DNA from: Octopus sinensis
Lineage: Eukaryota
Reading direction: 5' to 3'
NCBI RefSeq assembly: GCF_006345805.1
Contig: NC_042997.1
Span: 200,508,001-200,572,000 of the forward strand
DNA length: 64,000 nucleotides
Below, piece by piece: positions 1-11,548 of the stretch (the stretch's first letter is position 1; each line of letters begins with the position of its first letter). The notes beneath the pieces are model-generated. The model was given only the letters and a program-made list of their open reading frames with translations. It was not told the origin of the DNA and ran no database searches. The position numbers and the translations under genes are program-made.

Positions 1-44
1 AAGGGTCTTGGTCATAACTGTCCAATGGACAGAAATGTGAAACT

Positions 45-48
45 ATAC

Positions 49-98
<50 letters not shown>

Positions 99-269
99 CT
101 ATGTATGTATGTATGTATGTATGTATGTATGTATGTATGTATGTATGTATGTATGTATGTATATATGTCTGTATATATACATATATATGCGTGTGTGTAT
201 ATATGTGTGTGTGTGTATATATATATATCTGTGTGTGTGTATACATACATATACATACACACACACACA
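45..269. repeat. Compound microsatellite (TA)n/(TATG)n/(TG)n/(CA)n
   Basis: Directly visible; explains the YVCM/HTYI ORFs. Confidence 0.95.
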
Positions 270-271
270 TA

Positions 272-1156
272 CAAGGTGCAATGGGTAAATTGTCACCGTT
301 CAATATTTTTAAGTTTCCTCATGCACATTGTTTTTCATTTTGTCAACTACACAATATAGTAGGGTCAGTTGGGCACCATCTGTGAGAAAAACAGCTCCAT
401 GATGCAATTCACTCTATCAGAAATTTGGAATTGATATACTGCACTACTTGGTATTCGCACCGGAAGCTCCAATATGAACATTTCAGAGTGTTTGGGTGTC
501 AATCTGAGGTGAGTGCAATGTGAGGACATGTACCAAGAGGGATAAAAATCAAACATCCTGTCAACATCATGGTTTTTGGAGTGATCATTAGTGATGGTCA
601 CGTTATGCCTCCATTTATCTTTCAACACAGCCTCACACTCAATCCGGAGGCCTGCGTCAAGTGCCTGAAGGAGGTATAGCTGCCCTGGATAAAGAGGGTG
701 GCTTCTGGAAGAGCCTATGTCTGGCAACATGACTCCGGACAATGCCACACAAGCAGGAGAACCCAGTCATGGATGTCAGACAATTTCTGTGACCACACCA
801 CTCCAAACATCTGGCTACCTAACTCCCCAGACTGCAACTCTCTTGAATTTTGTGTGTGGGGCGCAATTGAACGAGAGACCAACAAAACTCCTTTTAACAC
901 CAAAGATGAACTGAAGGCAAGGATTATGGCAACATTCACCAACTTAAAGAAGGTAACAGTCCAGAAAAGCTGCAGGAGATTCTGAAGTCGTCTGGAGGCA
1001 GTGGCTGAACTCAATGGCGATTTTATTGAGTAAATTTACTCTTTAGTATTTCAAGATATTTTTATGTAATTTTGGTAAATATATTCTGTTAAAACGAGTT
1101 GTCAGTCTTATTTTCATTTTTGCGTAATTTAGATGACAGTTTATCATTGCACCCTA
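272..1156 (+). mobile_element. Tc1/mariner fossil, maT (DD37D)-like, internally deleted
   Basis: TIRs CAAGGTGCAATGGGTAAATTGTCA / TGACAGTTTATCATTGCACCCTA flanked by TA. ORF 698-985 reads VWQHDSGQCH...WLPNSPDCNSLEFCVWG, with 37 residues between the 2nd and 3rd acidic positions (3rd reads E in this copy). Confidence 0.85.
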
Positions 1157-1222
1157 TATTTACGCTAATGTATATACATATCAAATGGATGTTAAAAGAT
1201 GATGATGATATATATATATATA

Positions 1223-1462
1223 TTAGACAAAATGAAATAACAAAGCCAAGGCTGTAAGGAGTTTTCAGCACATTTATAAGAACATTTAAAAGGTATAGAT
1301 ATAGTCTTACAGCTGTTTCTGGGATATTATGGATTTCTCTTCATCAGAGACACTGTGAGATGGTTAAATAGAGGTAAACAGAGGTAAGACTATATACCTT
1401 TTCCTTTATAAATGTCTTGAAAACTCCTCACAGCCTTGGCTTTCTTATCGCATTTTATCTAA
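1223..1462 (-). mobile_element. Penelope-like pseudo-LTR fragment with an inverted partial copy, inserted in (TA)n
   Basis: About 1223-1310 is an imperfect inverted repeat of about 1385-1462 (AAAGCCAAGGCTGTRAGGAGTTTTC...GGTATA..TAGTCTTAC). A hammerhead motif lies between or overlaps the arms. Confidence 0.65.
1304..1351 (-). ncRNA. Minimal type-I hammerhead ribozyme motif
   Basis: Minus strand: GTCT-CTGATGA-(degenerate stem II)-GAAA-CAGCTG-TA-AGAC. Stem I GTCT/AGAC, palindromic stem III ACAGCTGT, GUA cleavage triplet. Confidence 0.75.
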
Positions 1463-1597
1463 TATATATATGCATACTGATACAAGACCCACATTAGACT
1501 CCTTACTCGTATCATTATCAAACCAAGAGTTTAACAATGGTCTGTCCAAAGCACTTATCATTACATGCCACTCTTTGGGTCTTCTAGATAACAATAC

Positions 1598-1637
<40 letters not shown>

Positions 1638-1646
1638 CATACATAT

Positions 1647-1710
<64 letters not shown>

Positions 1711-1714
<4 letters not shown>

Positions 1715-2160
1715 GACTGCGCTGGCTCGGACACGTCTGCCGCATGCAGGACGGTCGCATGCCTAAAGACATCCTGTACAGCCAACTCACCACGGGATCC
1801 CGACCCAAGGGACGTCCACAGCTACAATACAGGGACGTGTGCAAGCGCGACCTGAGGACTGCCAACATCTGTGTGGACACGTGGGAGGAAACAGCTGCTG
1901 ACTGCTCTGCCTGGCACCGGATGGTGAGGAAAGGCGTTTCCATGGCTGAGGAGAGCACAGCTGTGGTTGGACAGACGGGACAGGAGGAGGACAACTGCAG
2001 CAACACCCCACACGTACCCATCGATGATCATGTGCAGCAAATGTACCAAGGACTGCCACTCTAGAATTGGACTGTTCAGTCACAGCAGACGCTGCACATC
2101 ATCAAAGTAGGCCCCACACTTGGCGCAACCCATTGTCTATCAAGACAGACGGGGAAAGAT
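1711..2160 (+). mobile_element. RTE-clade LINE 3' end (5'-truncated), inserted in (TA)n
   Basis: Translation [48 protein letters not shown]...WEETAADCSAW is the typical RTE C-terminus. Confidence 0.9.
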
Positions 2161-2243
2161 ATATATATATATATATATACATTTGCCATGATAGATCGCT
2201 AGCCATTAAACCTTTTTTTTTCTCTCCGTTTATTTCTGCATTC

Positions 2244-2279
2244 CTTTCTGTTGAAGAGCATAGGCTCGAAATGTAAAAG
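2244..2279 (+). ncRNA. Hammerhead-like motif with variant core (CUGUUGA)
   Basis: CTTT-CTGTTGA-A-GAGC-ATAG-GCTC-GAAA-TG-TA-AAAG. Stems I and II pair perfectly; A6 reads T. Confidence 0.55.
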
Positions 2280-2394
2280 ACTTTCTCACTTCCTGAGTGT
2301 TGTGCTAATAGATCCATTTGTTGTTTATACACCTGTCTTCATCTTTTGTTTTGTTTTTTGTTTGTAAATTCCAACTACATGTATATATACATCT

Positions 2395-2760
2395 TAGCTT
2401 GGATTTGTGAACGAAGATTAAGAAGGGGCTGGTCCATGTCGACTGCAGGCATGCTCAAGGCTGACTAGGACAATACAGGACAGGCAGGCATGACCACAAT
2501 GACAGCAATTGAAGATCTAGTCAGGATTTGATGACTGGTGTTGAAGTTCTTTCGCTTGCGCCTTTTGTCCTTGAAAGCAGTGCTGTAGAAGTTTTCAAAG
2601 AAGACAGCACAAATGATAGTGAGATGCCAGGCATGATGGTTCTCAGCCAGGATGGACCAATGGGGATAGTCAATGAGATGAAGATGCACTTCAGGACAAA
2701 TTCCTTGTGTTAAGCCCACACAGAGGAAGTCTCTGTTTAAAATTATGTAACTCTGGTTAA
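2395..2760 (-). mobile_element. Second RTE-like LINE 3' remnant
   Basis: Minus ORF contains WSILAENHHAWHLTI...FFENF...KDKRRKRK, resembling the RTE C-terminal WExLAxDRxxWR...FE...KRxRRK pattern. Confidence 0.6.
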
Positions 2761-2761
2761 C

Positions 2762-3340
2762 AATTTGCATCACCGGTCTGGAACCTCTATCTTGCCCAGG
2801 ATATTAATCGTTTGGAAACCATTCAGCAACGTGCAACCAAGAGAATACCCTCCATCAGGCATTTACCATATTCTGAACACCTTACTTCCCTGGACATGGA
2901 TACATTGAAACTCCGATGTCTGGCAGCTGACTTGGCAGACACCTATAAAATTATTAACCATCTTACAAACAATAACTCTGAGCACCTTTTCAAACTCCAC
3001 CTGTCTAACACCCGTGGACATGTTTACAAAGTCAGAAAACAGCACAGCTCCCATGACTTTCGGAAACATTTTTTCATGCTAAGAGTTGCTGAAGCATGGA
3101 ACAAACTGCCGGCATCAGTTGTTAGTTGTCGGAGCACTGCATCCTTCAAAACTTCCATGCTTCCTGAGATTCGTCAACACTACACCTGATTTTCTCCCCT
3201 CCATACACACGCAAGCATGTATCTGACTCATACACTGTTCACTTCTCAGATATTTGTACATTACTGCATATGCTTTATACGCACTTTCGACAAACTGTAG
3301 TGCACCTGAGCACTGTATACAATAATTTCATTATTATTAT
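2762..3340 (+). mobile_element. CR1/L2-group LINE 3' end with UTR and (ATT)n tail
   Basis: ETIQQRATKRIPSIRHLPYSEHL...TRGHVYKV...RKHFFMLRVAEAWNKLPASVV...SFK. Closely similar copy at 44.25-45.03 kb. Confidence 0.9.
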
Positions 3341-4244
3341 AGCCATTCAATCAAGTGAATTTCAAACTACACACTGGAGTTGATAAAGCTGACTAAAACC
3401 CTTGAAGGTAATTGTCTTAGCAGGGCTCAATGCAATGATTGAAGCCTGAACTTGTTAAAGTACCAAAGAATAAAATTATCTATAACATATGTCTAGTTAT
3501 TCAGAGACAGCAGGTTCTAATCTAAGCTCACTCCTTCTCGCAACTAATTCTGTAATAAGATATGTCATAGACAAAAATTGAAATAAATCTTAAACAAATT
3601 AAAACACCATATATCATAAATCTTGGCATTTATACAACAATTGATTAGGTGATTTTATTTTCTAATTGAACTCTCAAATATACAAAAGTAATATATTTCG
3701 CTTGTATTGATTGTTCTTTGACTGCTTGCCAAATCTAGAGAACTGTGTTTCTCGATTCTTGAAATTTGCATTTGGTGATTTCTTCAAACTAATGATTGTA
3801 TTCAGGTTGTAAATTTGATCTCCTTTTAATTTATGGGAGACAGATTGAATAACGAAATTTACATCATAAATGCCTATATTTAAAATTTCAACGCTGCATA
3901 ATTATTTTGAATCAGATTTTGTAGAGATTATTTGAGTAATTCCTCTCTAAGTATAAGATTTACTTTCAAGTTATTGTTTCACTTTAAAGATTGTGATAAC
4001 AGAGAGAGACAGAGTAAGTGAGAAAGAAAGAGAGACGAGAAAAAGAAAATGGAAAAGAAAGTGAGAGAAGAACGGAGATTGTTGTTTTCCAGTCTGGAAT
4101 ATCATTTAAAAAGTTTTATGAAAATTCCTGTTCTTTCAAGTGATTTGTTTCTGAATTTCTTTTCTTTCAGTCAATTAATTTATACCAGATTGAGATATAT
4201 ATATTTTGACATTTAGATATATTTTAGGAATTGTAGATCATATA

Positions 4245-4385
4245 AATACACACACACACAAACACATACATGCACACACACACACATACATGCATACACA
4301 AACACATACACACACAATTACCCCACATGTATACATGTACATACAAGCACACAAGTGCATACATACATCATGCATACATACATGC

Positions 4386-4419
<34 letters not shown>

Positions 4420-5020
4420 TGAGAGACAGACAGATAAACGGACAGGCAGACAGACAGACAGACAGATAAATTCATGTAAGCATACACACATACATAAATA
4501 CATACGTACATACGTACATACATACATACATACATACATACATACATACATACATACATACATACATACATACATACATACATACATAGTAAAAATATGC
4601 AAGACTTTTCTCAAGTTCCAAATGTGAATTTGTCTGTGTTAACTACATTCCAAAGATGGAGCCTTGTATCTTTGTTGGAAACTGGCTCCCTCCTCAGTGG
4701 AAGATTTATAATAATTAAAAAATAGAAGAGACATACATATATAGATACATGCATGTATACATACATACAAACAAAAGTACCCTGTTGTTGATGTTCAAAT
4801 TCCAGTGAAGGAACCTTGGATTGGGTTAGAAACTTATACTTTCTCTATTGGCAAGAAATCTTGAAATAAACTGAATAATGACATACATATATACATAAGT
4901 ACATACATACATAAGTACATACATAAATACATACATACATACATACATTCGTACATAAATACATACATACATACATATCTACATACATACATATACATGC
5001 ACACAAACATACATACATTA
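4245..5020. repeat. (CA)n/(GATA)n/(GACA)n/(TACA)n microsatellite cluster
   Basis: Directly visible. Confidence 0.9.
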
Positions 5021-5234
5021 AGATACCACCACCAAAGGCAAACTGAATCATGAAATGTCAAGCCACCAGCTGTGGCATTATGATAGATTGTCCAAGACTT
5101 ACAGGAACCACTGACGAGAAATGCAGGGAAATTAATTACCTTTAATCAGGAAATATGTGCAGTATCATAAGAAATTACATGAATGTAGGTCTAGGAACCA
5201 TGAATTTCCATAAAACTCCAGACTCTATAAACTG

Positions 5235-5535
5235 GGATTCCATCAGTTATGACAATAAAGGTTCCAGTTGATCTGATCAATGGAACAGCTTGCTTTGGGA
5301 ACCAATGTGCAAGTGGCTGAGTACTCCATAGACACTACGACTTAATGTAGTTCTCATGGAGATTCAGTGTGACACAGAATGTGATAAGGCTGGCCCTTTA
5401 AAATAAAGGTACTCCTCATTTTTGCTAGCTGAGTTCACTGGAGCAATCTGAAATAAAGGATCTTGCTCAAGGACACAGCATGCCACTGGGATTTGAACTC
5501 CTGACCTTATGATTGTGCACTGAATACCTTACTCA
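5235..5535 (-). mobile_element. Diverged tRNA-derived SINE sharing its tail with the 25.2-25.6 kb SINE
   Basis: Minus-strand B-box-like GAGTTCAAATCC; 3' part aligns by eye with 25205-25390. Confidence 0.65.
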
Positions 5536-6021
5536 CCAAGCCACAGGACTTCACCAAACTGTTTTTCACAGTATGAATGGACATAACATGAAGGTTTTAA
5601 AACCCCCTTCTTGGGAAAAAACTAAGGTCATTCTTAAAGGGGCTTGAGACATTTTGTCTTGGCCATTTTTGGCGCAGCTATTTTCGTGCCACTTATTTGG
5701 CCGCCATGAATCCTTACTGAGTTATTTGACATTAGATGCTATGATGTTTCTTCATTCTCTCCTTTCTCCTTTCTCTCTCTCCCTGCCTCTATCCATTCAT
5801 CTCTTCCTCCCTCTCTCCCTTCCTCTCTCTCTCCCTTCCTCTCCCTCCCTTCCTCTCTCACTTTTTCTCTCTCTCTTTCCCTCTCTCTTTCTGTCTATGC
5901 ATATATATTTCTGCATGTACACAGAAGAATTGGCGTAAGCTTAAATAATAAACCACGATAGAAGGAACATGATATGGTGAGGGTTTACAGTGTGTATATA
6001 TATATATATATATTATATATA

Positions 6022-6542
6022 TGTAAGAATCTAGCTTGATCCTGCCTGATCCACTGGCTTGTTGCTTGTCAAACCAAGTGGGGAAATCCTCTCCACATCA
6101 GATGATTGATGAGGAAACACTTGATCCCCTAGGACCTGTACTGGTCAAGGAAAGGTCAGTCCTTTGTTTAAGGTTTGACCTACATTACTGACCATAGTCT
6201 TTGGTGTCAGCCAGACCAAGGAGCAACACTCACTTTTGCATCATCCTTAACCAAGAATAGCACATCCCAAGAAAGACAATGCCAGCTCTATCCTTTCTTC
6301 CTTTCTAGTCAGCACCATGCATTCCTTACCCTTTCACTCTCTACTGACAGACAACCTTTTTCTACACTATCAACTACTAACCAGTGAGCCATCCTTGTTG
6401 TTACTATCACTAGAATTGCTCCTGTCTCTTTAACTACCTGTCTGGCAACGAATAAACATATGTAAATAACATTTCTTCCTTCTTGGTGTTAATTCTTCGA
6501 TGCTCACTGGTTACTCCAATGCGAGAACCTTGAAGTGTTACA
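6022..6542 (+). mobile_element. Possible solo LTR
   Basis: Begins TGTAAG after (TA)n, ends GTTACA (TGTAA/TTACA inverted termini), AATAAA at about 6451. No clear TSD. Confidence 0.35.
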
Positions 6543-6619
6543 TCTACACGCTACATTTAGTATTGGGCTGCATCATATTGAATTGATATGGCACATCACA
6601 TCTAGCCCACCATATATAT

Positions 6620-6860
6620 CATCATCATCATCTACATCGTTTAACGTCTGTTTTCCATGCTGGCATGGGTTGGATGGTTCGACTGGGGTCTGGAAAGCCA
6701 GGAGGTTGCACCAGGCTCAAGTCTGATCTGGCAGTGTTTCTACAGCTGGATGCCCTTCCTAATGCCAACCACTCCAAGAGTGTAGTGGGTACTTTTTACA
6801 TCCCACTGGCATAGGGACCAGATGGGGCTTGCATCGACCACGATCACATGGTGCTTTTTA
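6620..6860 (-). mobile_element. RTE 3'UTR-type repeat (family C) with (ATG)n tail
   Basis: GGTTGGCATTAGGAAGGGCATCCAGC...AACCCATGCCAGCATGGAAAA..GACGTTAAACGATG on the minus strand. Confidence 0.8.
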
Positions 6861-6884
6861 TTATAATATATATATATATATAAG

Positions 6885-6915
<31 letters not shown>

Positions 6916-7057
6916 AAAGTAGTGTACATTTAAACACAAAAGAGGCGACCCTTGACAGGCAGCCTTACATGTTAGAAGGAGCAGTCGAAACGACCAAAAC
7001 CACATTTAAGAGCAGTTTCGAAGGGAATGAAAAATAAAAACTTTTACCTTGTTTTTT

Positions 7058-7132
7058 ACAGCCATACCTAGATTTCAAACTCTAATTAGCAAATAAAATA
7101 ATTTGCTAGACGAAGTTCTCATCAGTGGCTAC
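7058..7132 (-). ncRNA. Type-I hammerhead motif with extended stem II, in a PLE-like fragment (about 6915-7370)
   Basis: Minus: GTAGCCA-CTGATGA-GAACT..TAGCAAAT..ATTTGCTA..AGTTT-GAAA-TCTAGG-TA-TGGCTGT. Seven-bp stem I including 2 G.U pairs; near-palindromic stem III. Confidence 0.75.
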
Positions 7133-7369
7133 GTCAAAACATTAACATATAAATATATATAAATAAATAAATAAATAAATTAATTAATTAATTAATTAAT
7201 TAATAAATAAAATAATATATAAATATAAAAATATACATACATATATATATTTGTATATATATATATAATTTATTAGTTTAAATTATTTAAATAATTTTTT
7301 ATTTTTAACTTTTATATTTTTAAATTAATTTTATGTATTGGCTTATGTTTTTCACTGTTTTTCTCACTA

Positions 7370-7482
<113 letters not shown>

Positions 7483-7853
7483 GTAATGAATACACTTTAA
7501 TATAAAATTCTCAAAGACAACAGATCCTGCCACTCTTTGGTTTATATGGGCTTTTACTTTCTCGTTATGAATTCCTATGTTTTGCAATTTTAACCCCTTA
7601 TGGAAAAACTGAAGTTTTAGGTATATTTTGCCCATCCCTATAGTTAAACATGAAAAAGAACCCCTCCTCTTTTTGCTTTTCATTGCAGTTAATAACATTT
7701 TGGTTTGTCTTCAGGTCATCTTTTATGGGCTAATGGCCTCTTGGGGTTTCTGGAAATGTATTGATAATATTCTGCAAATATAAATAGTTATTAGGTTCAT
7801 GTTATGAGTAAGTTCTCTTTAATTCTGGTTACATACATACATACATACAAACA

Positions 7854-7898
<45 letters not shown>

Positions 7899-8104
7899 GT
7901 ATATATATGAGAATCCTTGTCATTTAAAATTTCTAATCTCAGAATCAGGACAAGAATTGATTGATTGAAATGTGTAGCATTTTATGACACAAATGTAGAA
8001 GATTTATGAAGGCGAAATCTAAATTGTCACTATAAATGCAAATTGTCGATGCTTTTATTCCATATGGTGTGATTCTAGACGAAAGTATTAATTTCAGTAT
8101 CCTA

Positions 8105-8525
8105 TTCATCATCGTCGTCCTCATCATCATCGTCGTCGTCGTCATCATCATCACCGTTGTCATCATCATCACCATCATCATTGTCGTCAGTGTAATCTTT
8201 ATCGTCTCTGACGTCGTAATAGCTATCAACATCATCATCATCATCATTGTCGTCGTCGTCGTCGTCATCATAGTTGTCAGCATCATCATCATCATGATCA
8301 TCACCACCATCAACATCATCATCATTGCCCTCAACATCATCACCACCATCATCGCTGTTATCACCATCATCATCATCATCATCACCGTTGTTGTCATCAT
8401 TGTCATTGTCATCATTGTTGTCATTGTTGCCACTGCAATCATCATCATCTCCGATGTCATTGTAATAGCCATCACATCATCGTCGTCGTCATCATCATCA
8501 TCATCATCATCATCAATCATCATTT
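8105..8525. repeat. Degenerate (CAT/CGT)n trinucleotide tract
   Basis: Explains the poly-I/V and poly-M/D ORFs. Confidence 0.9.
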
Positions 8526-9059
8526 TAACTTCCACTTTCCATGCTTGCATGAGTCAGATGGAATTTTGTTGAGGCAGATTTTCTACAACCAGATGCTCTC
8601 CCTGTCACCAACCCTCATTTGTTTTCAAGTAATGTTACATTTCCCCATGACCAGACACATTTTTCACAGACGAATGCATGCAACACACTATAATTTGTGT
8701 TACCCTGTAATTTTTATTATTATTTCAGATATTGTAAGGTGATGAGCCAGCAAAATCTTTAATCCACCAGGCAAAATGCTTAGCAGCATTTCAGTCAGCT
8801 TTATGACCTGGGTCCAAACTCCATTGAGGTTGACTTTGCTTTCGTCTTTTCAAGGTCAATAAAATGAATACCAGTTGTGTTCTGGGTGTCAGTGTAATCA
8901 ACTACCCCCTCCTTTAAAATGCCAGGCCTTGAGCCTATAGTAGAAAAAAATGTATTGATTTCTTGGGAAAGGGATATAGATGATCAAATTAACCCCATTA
9001 TATCACTGGTGTTTAGTAAATCACAAATCTACAGAAGGATGATAGGATATTAAATACCT

Positions 9060-9280
9060 ATTTCTTTACTACCCACAACGGGCTAAACACAGAGGGGACA
9101 AACAAGGACAGACAAACGGATTATATTGACCCCAGTGTGTAACTGGTACTTATTTAATCGACCCCGAAAGGATGAAAGACAAAGTCGACCTCGGCGGAAT
9201 TTGAACTCAGAACGTAACGGCAGACGAAATATCGCTAAGCATTTCACACGGCGTGCTAACGATTCTGCCAGCTTGCTGCC
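9060..9280 (-). mobile_element. tRNA-derived SINE family B (MetaSINE-like central domain). Other copies at about 8737(+), 19215(-), 33175(+), 35140(+), 45080(+), 51235(-), 51530(+), 55110(-), 55320(-), 56560(+)
   Basis: Shared GAGCTGGCAGAA..GTTAGC...GAGTTCAAATTCCGCCGAGGTCGACTTTGCCTTTCATCCTTTCGGGGTCGATAAA..AAGTACCAG. Confidence 0.85.
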
Positions 9281-10777
9281 TATGATAGGATATTAAATAC
9301 CATTTGGCATTTAGTTCCATCTACTACTATTTCCGACATTTCTTCACCCTTGATTAGACTAGAATTTAATTCTAGACACTCAAAATACAATATCTAAATT
9401 TAAATTATTGTAAACTAAAAAGGAAAAATACAATAAAAATCAACAATGTTTTCATTGGAATTTGAGTAAAGATTTAATCCATAAAGTAGTTTATCTTTCA
9501 GTGTGTTGTTACAAGATTCAATACTAAAGACATGTCTGCAAGACAAATAATCAGAAGTCACTTGACTAAATAGAATTAGTGTTAAATTGTCTCAGACACA
9601 TGACACTTATTATTAGCTTAGTAGTTAATGCCAATAAAAAATAGTTATGATAATAGTATAAGCTCAAGAACTTGTTTAAAGTGGTGTGAATCAGTTAATA
9701 TTTATAGTTAGAATATAATTATTTCCATTCTTTAAAGGCATCACAGATAATTGGTTTATAAATGACATCGTGAACCACTCATAATTATTTCACTGCAATT
9801 AATTAATTAGTACACAACATCTTACGGACCACGAGTAATATTTTCATTACAGATGAGTCATATCAAGAATGGTAGTTTGAAGCTTGTGTGTTCGTTTTCA
9901 AACATGATGTAAGCCATCTCTGTGATCTGATACAAAGCACTAGATGAATGGGTTTTGCAACATTTTATCGCTCAGCATTAAAAAGGACCAAAAACCATCA
10001 GCTACTAAAACACCAGAATATTTTCTTGCAATCCAAATCTGGAGTACATATCTCCAGACGTAAAGTATATGATTCTTTGAGAAGCTGAATGCTAAACTGT
10101 GAATGTAATAAATATATTTATTTTCCACACTGCACATGTAAATTGCAGATTTTTTTCCCTTTCTCTCACTATTTTTCATAAATTTCTAGTAATATGCAAT
10201 AAGCAGAAAATTTAGTGACTAAAACTGATTGTTGGCAGAGTTACCAGAGTGCCGGATAATGGCTAAATAAGAAAAGCAATATGCAGATTGAAACTATACT
10301 AGTGGTTTCTTATCTGTAAAGAGTATCTTACAGTTCCCATAAAACATGATTATATAAAAATTGATTATTCTTTGGTTACTAATGTCGTTTCCTTCGTTAC
10401 TGCCTTGGGAGCTTTCTGCAGTTTTCCAGTAGTGTATAAGATTGAGATCCACCTGTTTGCATTAGTGGTATCAAGGTAAGAACATATTAGGGAAATATAT
10501 TTGATAATATATAATTTATATGTGCCATTCACATAAAAATAAAAAAAAGAAACTTGGATAAGTTGATGTTCACGGATTTATTGCACCGGGTTTTAAAACA
10601 CCAACGTAAAATAAATATGCAGGAAGAATAAAAATATAGCACTATTGTTCTGCAACAATTTTCATTTTACCAGCAAATATCAATACTGTATCTGGATTTG
10701 TTTCAGTATTATTCTGATCTCATCAGTGAAAGTTAACATTTGTCATATTTGATGAAATAGTGAAGTAAAAAAATCAC

Positions 10778-10861
10778 GGGCATATGGCATAGCGGTTAAA
10801 AGCACGGGCTACTAACCCCAAGATTCCAAGTTCGATTCCAGGCAGTGACCTGAATAATAAA

Positions 10862-10896
<35 letters not shown>

Positions 10897-11055
10897 CAAC
10901 AACATTCAAAAAGTACCTTAGGAACGAGAACCCAGGTTTGAAATTTCCCCAAGACACCTGATGAGGGCTGGAGGGTATATCAGGCGAAACGTGTTTACAA
11001 CAAACAAGATGAGGACAAATATCCATCAAATGTGAATAATGTAAATAATGAAAAA
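10778..11055 (+). mobile_element. tRNA-headed, hammerhead-bearing short element (HHR-SINE), full head
   Basis: A-box-like TGGCATAGCGGTTAA, anticodon-like arm GGG-CTACTAA-CCC, B-box GTTCGATTCC, (AAT)n, then GACAC-CTGATGA...GAAACGTGTT at 10953-10995. Confidence 0.75.
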
Positions 11056-11144
11056 TAAAAGTTCTCTGAATTTCCTCCATCCTATTCTTATTCTAGCTAT
11101 CACATTCTCTGTGCATCCTCCCCCACTACTAACTTGGTCCCCTA

Positions 11145-11485
11145 GGTTGTGTGACACATTGGGGAAATGTCTTCTACTATAGCCTCGGGCTGAGCAAAGC
11201 TTTGAGTGGATTTGGTAGACGGAAACTGAAAGAAGCTTGCCGTATATATATGTGTGTGTGTGTGTGTGCGTGCGTGTGTGTATGTTTGTGTGTCTGTGTT
11301 TGTCCCCACAACATCGCTTGACAACCAATGTTCGTGTGTTTACATCCCCGTAACTTAGCAGTTCAGCAAAAGAGACCGATAGAATAAATACTAGGCTTAC
11401 AAAGAATAAGTCCTGGGATCGCCTAAAGGAGGTGCTCCAGCATGGCCACAGTCAAATGACTGAAACAAGTAAAAGAATAAAAGAA
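11145..11485 (+). mobile_element. tRNA-derived SINE family A (CORE-like block, internal TA/TG microsatellite), 5'-truncated
   Basis: GTGGATTTGGTAGACGGAAACTGAAAGAAGC...CCAGCATGGCCACAGTCAAATGACTGAAACAAGTAAAAGA, shared with many copies in the window. Confidence 0.85.
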
Positions 11486-11548
11486 AAATGAATAAACTTA
11501 TGTTTGTATGTAGTGTATTTATATGGCATTAATTAAAAGTAGACTGGG

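Noticed and set aside
7945-8572. Hydrophobic poly-I/V and poly-M ORFs
   Set aside because: Products of a (CAT)n microsatellite.
9500-10450. Possible hAT fossils here and at about 7.5-7.8, 43.1-43.4 and 47.7-47.9 kb
   Set aside because: Only faint 4-6-residue resemblances; needs a frameshift-aware protein search.
10695-10730. Additional hammerhead candidate (minus CTGATGA...GAAAC)
   Set aside because: No convincing stem I/III closure after GAAAC.
10778-10852. Functional tRNA gene (also heads at about 25.5-25.7, 59.55 and 60.1 kb)
   Set aside because: Poor acceptor and T-stem pairing; always fused to repeat bodies, so these are SINE heads.
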